Source: a bacterium
GTDB taxonomy: Bacteria > Krumholzibacteriota > Krumholzibacteriia > G020349025
DNA: 33,684 bases
Assembly (NCBI GenBank): GCA_031362565.1
Contig: JANLSU010000128.1
Coordinates: 1-33,684, forward strand
Direction of reading: 5' to 3'
Part shown: positions 27,205-33,684 of the stretch, one piece after another
Position numbering within the stretch: the stretch's first letter is position 1
Layout: each line of letters begins with the position of its first letter
Notes under the pieces: generated by a model
Told to the model about the DNA's origin: nothing
What the model saw: the letters and a program-made list of their open reading frames with translations, nothing else
Databases searched by the model: none
Made by a program: the position numbers and the translations under genes

Positions 27205-28767
27205 TCAGCTCCGGCGCTTGTACACCAACACGAATTCGTTCTGCCAGTACTGCGGTACGGTGCGGATGAGTTCGTAGCGGTCGTGAAAATCGGCCTCGCG
27301 GTTCATCCGGTAGTCCGGAATGCGCTGGAACGAATACCCCTGCCCGTCGTCGTTCAACGACACGAGCACGATGTAGTCGGGCCGGCGCGACAGGATGTAC
27401 GTCGGGTCCGCCTTGAAGTGCATGCGGCCCCGCAGGTGCGCGATGTGCGGGTCGATGAGCCCGAACATGTCGAGAATATGGCGCTCCGAGAAATAGCCCA
27501 CGGCCCCCACGTCGCTTATGGCGATCGACGATTCGGGTGGCGTGTTGTCGTGGAACCAGGTTCCCAGTTCTTCGTAGTTTTGCGACAAATAATTGTGGCC
27601 TGCAAGGGCGGGTAGCACGGTGCGGGCGATACGCAATTCGGTGTTGGCAATGCTCAGGTGCGTCGCCATGAGCACGACGGCGAGCGTCGCGTACGCGAGC
27701 ACCGCACGCAGCGTCCCCGGTTGCGGCAAGGCGACGATCCGGTCGAATCCCGCCGCGATGAGGGCTGCCAGCACCGGCAAGACGTGGGCGAAGAACCGGT
27801 AGTTGAACATCCAGTCGCCGCCCGATACGAAGGCAAATCCAAATCCCGTCAAGACGACGGCCATGGCGATGGTGTGCGCACCACCAGCGCGGCCGACGAG
27901 CCAAGGCACCGCCGCCAGCGCGATGAACAACACGCCGCCTGAATCGCGCAGGAAGTCGAGGCAGTACTGTGCCCCGTCGATCAACCCGTGCGTGCCGCCC
28001 TGGGTCTTGGCGTAGAACGTGTTCGGGAACAGCAGCCCAAAGTAGCTCCATCGCCAGACGAAATAGGCGCCGAAGAGGATGCCGAACGCGGCCGCGTCCA
28101 GGAGTGCGGGCCGCCAGGTGCGATCGTTGGAGCGCATTTGCATGCCGCGCACCGCGAGAATCACCAGCGCAAACAGCGGTCCCTCGGGGCGCGTCATCGC
28201 CAGCAAGACTAGAACGACGACGAACGACGCCCGCCGCCAAAGCGCCGGTGCACCCGTGGCGAGCAACACCGCGCCCACCAAGAGCACGGCGAAGAAAGCC
28301 GTTTCGAGCCCGTTGACGGCGTGCTGCACGAGCACCGGCGAGATCGCGATGTGAAATGGCGCGATCAGAGCCCCGAGTCCCGAGTTGCCAACGAGCCGCC
28401 GCGCCAAGAGCCATGACAGAACGAGCGCCAGCGCGCCGGCAAGGAGCCCGACGGCCTTGGCGGCCTGTTCCGGGTCGGCACCACCGTGCAGTGCGGCCGC
28501 CGCAACTACTACCCAAGTGAAGTTCGAATAACCTTCAACGCGTTCACCCGGGTTGAAGACGAACCCGTGGCCATGCGCGACGTTTTGCGCGTACCGGAAA
28601 CTGATGAAGGCGTCGTCTTCGGTCCAAGTCCAGTAGAGCCGGGCATGCGCAAAGTACGCCGCGAGTGCCGCCACGAGGCTCACGATCGCGATGATCCGCG
28701 CCGTTCGCCCGCGCGCCCCGGTGATGCCGGAGACGACCGCCAAGCGGGGCCCCGCCGCCGCACTCAT
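27205..28767 (-). CDS. GT-C fold membrane glycosyltransferase (AftB-like)
   Basis: [13 protein letters not shown]...[43 protein letters not shown], and many TM helices. ATGA overlap with the hflX stop. Confidence 0.7.
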   Translation of the reverse strand: MSAAAGPRLAVVSGITGARGRTARIIAIVSLVAALAAYFAHARLYWTWTEDDAFISFRYAQNVAHGHGFVFNPGERVEGYSNFTWVVVAAAALHGGADPEQAAKAVGLLAGALALVLSWLLARRLVGNSGLGALIAPFHIAISPVLVQHAVNGLETAFFAVLLVGAVLLATGAPALWRRASFVVVLVLLAMTRPEGPLFALVILAVRGMQMRSNDRTWRPALLDAAAFGILFGAYFVWRWSYFGLLFPNTFYAKTQGGTHGLIDGAQYCLDFLRDSGGVLFIALAAVPWLVGRAGGAHTIAMAVVLTGFGFAFVSGGDWMFNYRFFAHVLPVLAALIAAGFDRIVALPQPGTLRAVLAYATLAVVLMATHLSIANTELRIARTVLPALAGHNYLSQNYEELGTWFHDNTPPESSIAISDVGAVGYFSERHILDMFGLIDPHIAHLRGRMHFKADPTYILSRRPDYIVLVSLNDDGQGYSFQRIPDYRMNREADFHDRYELIRTVPQYWQNEFVLVYKRRS

Positions 28768-30188
28768 CGTGCTTCTTTCGCAGCCGGTGTCATCAACGTC
28801 AATTCACCGGCGTAGAGATGCAACAGTTTCTGGTAGGCGGCCTTCGAAAACCGCACCCGCAGGCGTGGCTGTCCGTCTTCGCCGTGCTCCTGGGCCAACA
28901 CCCGGCCCTCGCGGTAACAGTAGGCGAGCACGGCGCCCGAATCCTGTGGCAGACCGAGGTCGACGACCACTGCGCCCTTGGCTGCGCTCGTGCGTAGCAG
29001 GCTGCGCACGGTCTCGATTCCGGCGCCGGTGTGCGCCGAGGTGAACAAAGCGTCCGGGTAATGCCGCTGCAGTGCTTGTAGTTGCGTCGGGTCGGTCACG
29101 GCATCGATCTTGTTGAAAACGAGCTGGGTCGGCCGCGGCCCGTCAAGAATCTCGTCCAGCACCCGGTTCACGGTGTCCAAGTGTTCTTCCAAGCTCGGGT
29201 TCGTAACATCGATCACGTGCAGCAAGAGGTCGGCGCCATTGACGTCCTCGAGGGTGCTGCGGAAGCTGACCACCAAATCGTGTGGCAGTTTGCGGATGAA
29301 TCCCACCGTGTCGGTGAGCAGCAGCTCGTCCCCGTCTCCCAGGTCGACGCGGCGCGTCGTGGCGTCGAGGGTCGAAAAGAGTTTGTTCTCGACCAGCACG
29401 TCGGTGCCGGCCAGCGCGTTCATCAGCGACGATTTGCCGGCGTTGGTATAGCCGGCCAATGCCGCCGTGAACGTGCCGGTGCGCGACGCCCGCTGGGTAC
29501 GCGCCGCCGTTTCGCGCTCGAGCAGTTCGCGCTTCAGGCGCGAGATCTTCTCGTCGACACGCCGCCGGTCGCTCTCGAGCTGGGTTTCGCCGGGACCGCG
29601 CGTGCCGATGCCGCCATCCTGGCGCGACAAATGGTCCCACAACTGCTTGAGCCGTGGCCGCATGTACTGCAGTTGCGCCAGCTCGACTTGCATGCGCGCC
29701 TCGCGGCTGCGCGCATGGCGCGCGAAGATATCCAGAATGACTTCGGTGCGATCGATGACGTTGATCTGGACGATTTTTTCGAGATTGCGGGCTTGCGCCG
29801 GCGACAGCGTATCGTCGAAGACGATGAGATTGGCGTCGTGGTTCTTGCATAGTTGCTGCAGTTCCTCGACCTTGCCTTTGCCGATGAACGTGCGGACGTT
29901 GGGCTTGAGGCGTTCCTGGGTGAGCCGCGCCACCGGATCGGCACCCGCCGTCCGCGTCAGCAGCGCCAGCTCGTCCAGATGCTCGATGGCTTGCGCGCGC
30001 GTCGTCCCCGAACCAATGACGGCGACCAGGATGGCGCGCTCCGCTTCGCGGCCGGTGTCCCAGTTGCGGTCGCGTTCCTTGCGCTCGCCGGCGCGCAGCT
30101 CGCGATCCGGGTCGAGCACGCGAGTCCGCGCCCGCCCGCTGCCGGTGTTGGTCTGTTTGAGATTGTCGTCGGGCCGTTTCCGGGTCAT
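28764..30188 (-). CDS. hflX: Ribosome-splitting GTPase HflX
   Basis: [31 protein letters not shown]1 [10 protein letters not shown]2 FSTLD, G3 DTVG, G4 NKID. Confidence 0.96.
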   Translation of the reverse strand: MTRKRPDDNLKQTNTGSGRARTRVLDPDRELRAGERKERDRNWDTGREAERAILVAVIGSGTTRAQAIEHLDELALLTRTAGADPVARLTQERLKPNVRTFIGKGKVEELQQLCKNHDANLIVFDDTLSPAQARNLEKIVQINVIDRTEVILDIFARHARSREARMQVELAQLQYMRPRLKQLWDHLSRQDGGIGTRGPGETQLESDRRRVDEKISRLKRELLERETAARTQRASRTGTFTAALAGYTNAGKSSLMNALAGTDVLVENKLFSTLDATTRRVDLGDGDELLLTDTVGFIRKLPHDLVVSFRSTLEDVNGADLLLHVIDVTNPSLEEHLDTVNRVLDEILDGPRPTQLVFNKIDAVTDPTQLQALQRHYPDALFTSAHTGAGIETVRSLLRTSAAKGAVVVDLGLPQDSGAVLAYCYREGRVLAQEHGEDGQPRLRVRFSKAAYQKLLHLYAGELTLMTPAAKEAR

Positions 30189-32197
30189 CGGGCCGCCTTC
30201 CTTGCCGCGGTTTCGTGGGCGCCGATTTCTTCCGACAGCCGGTCCCAGGTTGCATACCGCTCTTGCAGTTTCTTCTGGTTTTCGGCGTGACGGCGCGCCG
30301 CGGTCTGGATGTCTTCCGGCCGCATCGTATGGGATTGTGCGAGCTGCTCGGTCAATTCTTCGGCATCGACTTCGAGTGACGCGATCTCGTCCTCCACCGC
30401 ATCGAGCTGCTTGCGCAGCTTGGCGAAGGCGTTCTTGCTGAGCGGGCCGGCCGCATCGCCGGCGCCCGCAGCCGCCGACGCCACAGCGGCAGCCGCAGCG
30501 GCCGCGGCCGGCGCGTGTGCCGCCGCGGCCCGCGACTTGGCGAGCGCCGATTGCTTTGCTGTCCGCTCCGCTTCGACCGCCGCGATTTCACTCCAGAGCG
30601 GCGCGCCTCCCAGCGCTTGCACATACTCTTCGTAGCCGCCATGGAACAGCCGCCAATGTCCGCCGGCGACAATGAGCAGTTTGGTCACGGCACGCGACAG
30701 CAGCTGCCGGTCATGCGACACGAGTAACAGCGTGCCGTCGAAATGGCGCAGGCCGTCCTCCAGCAACGCCACGGAATCCAGGTCGAGATGATTCGTGGGC
30801 TCGTCAAGCACCAGAAAATTGCGCTGCATGAGCATCAGCTTGAGCAACCCGAGCCGGTTCCGCTGCCCGCCCGACAGCACTCGGACCGGCCGGTCGACGA
30901 AGTCGGCACCGAACCCGAAGCCACCGAGACAGGCGCGCACCATCTCTTCGGTTTGATTGCGGTCCATGCGCCAGATCTCTTCCAAGACCGTCGGCGCGGT
31001 GCCTGCCACCTCGAGTTCTTGGTCGAAGTAACCCAGGTCGATCTCCGCCCCCAGCCGCACCGTGCCCACGTCGGGCTCCAGCTTGCTCGCCAAGACCTTC
31101 AACAGTGTCGTCTTGCCGGCGCCATTCGGGCCGACGATTCCAACCTTGTCGCCACGCACGAGCTGCAGGTCGAGTTCGTCGAACAACGTCCGGGGGCCGT
31201 AGCTTTTCGCCAGACCCTTGGCGTCGAGCACAATGTTGCCGCCGCGTTTCGCGAGCCGCAGGCGCAGCTTGAAACTCGTGTGCTGTTCGCGCGGCCGCTC
31301 GACGCGCTCGAGGCGGTCGAGCTGTTTGCGGCGGCCTTTGGCTTGTTTGGTTTTTTGGCCGGCGATGTTACGGCGAATGAAGTCCTCGGTGCGCTTGATT
31401 TCCTCTTGCTGCCGTTCGTAGGCCACTTCCTGCTGGTCGACGGAACCGGCGTGCGCCGTCACGAACTGCGTGTAGTTCCCCGGCCAGTACGTCATGCGGG
31501 TATTGGCGAGCAGCCACACGCCGCTCACGGTGTGGTCCAAGAAGTACCGGTCGTGCGACACGAGGATCATGCTGCTCGGAGTCTGATGCATGTACTCCTG
31601 CAGCCACTCGAGCGCGTCCAGATCCAGATGATTCGTGGGTTCGTCGAGCAGCACCAAGTCGCCGCCCTGCAAGAGCGTCGCCGCCAACGCCGCGCGCCGC
31701 CGCTCGCCGCCTGACAGCACTCGAATCGGCTTGTCGAAGTCCGCGCTGCGAAACCCAAGCCCATGCAGGGTCGCCTCGACCTGCGATTGGTGCTTGTAGC
31801 CGCCGAGCGCTTCGAACCGGTGTTGCAGGTCGCCGTAGCGCTCGAGCGTCTCCTCGTCGAGCGCTTCCCCGCCGTCGATGCGCGCGTGCAGCGCCTCGAT
31901 CTCGACCGACACGGCTTCGATTTCGTGGGCGCCCTTGACCCACTCGATCAGCGAGCCTTCGCCTTCGGCGGCGGTTTCTTGCGGCAGCACCACGACGCGC
32001 GCCCGGCGCGTCAGATGGCGTTCGCCGTTGTCCGGCACCAACGTGCCGGCGATGAGCTGCAGCAGCGTCGACTTGCCGCTGCCGTTGACGCCAACGAGCG
32101 CGACCTTCTCCCCCGGTTCGAGGTCGAGGGTGATTTCGCGCAAGAGCGTCTCGCGCCCATAGTCGAAGTCCACCTTGCTCAGGCTCAGAAGCGGCAA
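30185..32197 (-). CDS. ABC-F ribosome-associated ATPase (YdiF/YheS/Uup-like, C-terminal coiled coil)
   Basis: Two ABC domains (GVNGSGKST/LSGGE/DEPTNHLD and GPNGAGKTT/LSGGQ/DEPTNHLD), an interdomain linker and no TM segments. TTG start. Confidence 0.92.
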   Translation of the reverse strand: MPLLSLSKVDFDYGRETLLREITLDLEPGEKVALVGVNGSGKSTLLQLIAGTLVPDNGERHLTRRARVVVLPQETAAEGEGSLIEWVKGAHEIEAVSVEIEALHARIDGGEALDEETLERYGDLQHRFEALGGYKHQSQVEATLHGLGFRSADFDKPIRVLSGGERRRAALAATLLQGGDLVLLDEPTNHLDLDALEWLQEYMHQTPSSMILVSHDRYFLDHTVSGVWLLANTRMTYWPGNYTQFVTAHAGSVDQQEVAYERQQEEIKRTEDFIRRNIAGQKTKQAKGRRKQLDRLERVERPREQHTSFKLRLRLAKRGGNIVLDAKGLAKSYGPRTLFDELDLQLVRGDKVGIVGPNGAGKTTLLKVLASKLEPDVGTVRLGAEIDLGYFDQELEVAGTAPTVLEEIWRMDRNQTEEMVRACLGGFGFGADFVDRPVRVLSGGQRNRLGLLKLMLMQRNFLVLDEPTNHLDLDSVALLEDGLRHFDGTLLLVSHDRQLLSRAVTKLLIVAGGHWRLFHGGYEEYVQALGGAPLWSEIAAVEAERTAKQSALAKSRAAAAHAPAAAAAAAAVASAAAGAGDAAGPLSKNAFAKLRKQLDAVEDEIASLEVDAEELTEQLAQSHTMRPEDIQTAARRHAENQKKLQERYATWDRLSEEIGAHETAARKAAR

Positions 32198-32204
32198 GCA
32201 GCGC

Positions 32205-32882
32205 TCATTTCGTCAGCGTGTAAGACAACGACTCGATCGCGATCGACAAATCGACGTGGCGCACGGCCACCGCGGCGGGGACGGTGAGCTGTCCCGGCGT
32301 GAAGTTGAGAATGGCGCGGATACCCGCGTTCACGACCATCGTCGCGACCTGCTGCGCGGCCTCGGCCGGCACCGCCAAGATGGCGATTTCGATGTGGTGT
32401 GCCGCGGCCGCGGCGTGCAACTCGGAGACCGGCCGAATATGAACTTCGCCCCACAGCTCGCCGGTTTTCGCCGGGTCGGAGTCGAACACGTGCTCGATGT
32501 GGAAGCCCTGCTTCTTGAAACCCTTGTACGCGAAGAGCGCGTGCCCCAAGTTGCCGGCGCCAATGAGTGCGACGCACCAGTGGCGCCCGAGTCCTAGGAT
32601 CTGTTCGACCTGGCCGCGCAGTTGGAGCACGTTGTATCCCAGCCCGCGGCGCCCGAAGTTGCCGAAGCGCGACAAATCCTTACGCACCTGCGCCGATGTC
32701 ACACCGGATTTGTCGGCGAGCACGTGCGATGAGATGGTCCCGACGTGATCGCGTTCCGATTCGACCAAGACCCGGTAGTAACTCGAGAGCCGAGTGATCG
32801 TCGCAACCGACGCCCGGTCCATCGACAGATCGGGGCGCCGCTTGTCGCCTTCCGGCGCGCCGCCGTTGCGCGTGTTCTTCAC
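32205..32882 (-). CDS. rex: Redox-sensing transcriptional repressor Rex
   Basis: ATITRLSSYYR, QVRKDLSRFG-FGRRGLGY, NAD-binding GAGNLG, ILNFTP. Start GTG 32882 or ATG 32822. Confidence 0.96.
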   Translation of the reverse strand: MKNTRNGGAPEGDKRRPDLSMDRASVATITRLSSYYRVLVESERDHVGTISSHVLADKSGVTSAQVRKDLSRFGNFGRRGLGYNVLQLRGQVEQILGLGRHWCVALIGAGNLGHALFAYKGFKKQGFHIEHVFDSDPAKTGELWGEVHIRPVSELHAAAAAHHIEIAILAVPAEAAQQVATMVVNAGIRAILNFTPGQLTVPAAVAVRHVDLSIAIESLSYTLTK

Positions 32883-32980
32883 GTCGAGACCGCCTGAACA
32901 TGTGGGCCGTCACCAGGGGACCCTCCGGGTGGTCCGGTGCGTGCCTCTCGAGACCTTAGGAAAGGAGCCGCCGGGGGCAG

Positions 32981-33012
32981 AGTTTGTGAAAACCGACACA
33001 AACTACATTGTA
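32981..33012 (-). promoter_or_regulatory. rex promoter -10 with overlapping Rex operator (autoregulation)
   Basis: TTGTGAAAACCGACACAA (32984-33001, 2 mismatches to consensus) inside the palindrome AGTTTGTG...CACAAACT. -10 TACAAT at 33012-33007. Confidence 0.7.
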
Positions 33013-33079
33013 TGCGGCCTTCCCAGGCGCCGGAAGCCCTTTCGGCCCGCCCGGTCATGGCGCGGTAATCCTTTTTGGG

Positions 33080-33684
33080 TCAATTGCTTGGGCGCATTGC
33101 CGCGGGTTCGACGCGAAACACCCGGTTGCCGAAGTCCGTCACCCGGCCCAGGGCCTCGAGGGAAAGGGGCCGCGCCTCGACGTTCTGGTCGATGGTCCGC
33201 AGCCATGCCGCCTGCTCGCGGTGCTGTTCCATGCGCAGATTGTCGAGCAGGCTCAGGCGCGGCCCGCCGTCGAGCCACCCGACCTGCAGTTCGGGCAACG
33301 CGGGTCGCGCGATCTCGAACACCGCTGGAACATTGAACACGAGTCCGGTCGCGATGTTGACGGCGAAAAAGGCCAGCGCGCCGGCCCGCCGCACTGCGGG
33401 CCGCAAGGTCTGGGCGCCGCGTGCAGAGCGCGGCGAACCACGAGTCCGGGTGCGCCGACCAGGATTGATACAGAACGAGTGGCCCGAGCGTTGCAAGCCA
33501 AAGCACCAAACCCGCGTCTTGTTTCCAAATCGGCCCGGGCAAGAGCGTGCGCTCCGAGACGGGTGACGAAGGGCGCCGCCATCCATGCAAACCCCACCGG
33601 CTTGTTGTACGAGAGACGCGAATCGGCCACCACCGGCCGCGGATCGTAGCCCGCCGCGACGACGTTCCACGCCGTATGCGCATA
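33080..33684 (-). pseudogene. 3' part of a frameshifted membrane protein, ArnT/PMT-like GT-C (runs off the window)
   Basis: Protein-like text moves through all three frames: YNKPVGFAWMAAPF, then GLVLWLATLGPLVLYQSWSAHPDSWFAAL, then ALAFFAVNIATGLVFN...stop at 33080. Confidence 0.5.

Overview
A high-GC bacterial window. The gingipain-like protein with a FlgD-Ig/'NPFNP' tail suggests an FCB-group or related candidate phylum, but this is inference. Bases 1-6 kb are an accessory, decayed region. It holds an IS21 element with seven terminal repeats whose istA is cut by the end of a second IS21-like element, the stranded Fis-HTH tail of a sigma54 activator, and a Fic gene with palindromic operators over its promoter. 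It also holds a membrane-anchored LuxR / DUF4199 / VOC module with paired operators and a broken FKBP gene. Bases 6-18 kb are a minus-strand locus that looks like peptide scavenging: a ~1620-aa C25 protease, two paralogous beta-propeller proteins and oppABCD. Bases 18-25 kb carry a PEP-mutase/ICL-family enzyme, HtrA/DegP, a lipoprotein, and an OmpA/TSP3 gene translationally coupled to a radical SAM enzyme that closely resembles NikJ/PolH of peptidyl-nucleoside biosynthesis but has no pathway neighbours here. The 25.2-25.8 kb intergenic region holds a perfect Rex operator between degenerate tandem copies of a possibly structured ~100-nt motif. Bases 25.8-33 kb are a rex / ABC-F / hflX / GT-C / deoxyhypusine-synthase-like run with a Rex box over the rex promoter, followed by a frameshifted GT-C gene at the edge. 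All family calls come from motif recognition by eye; no searches were run.
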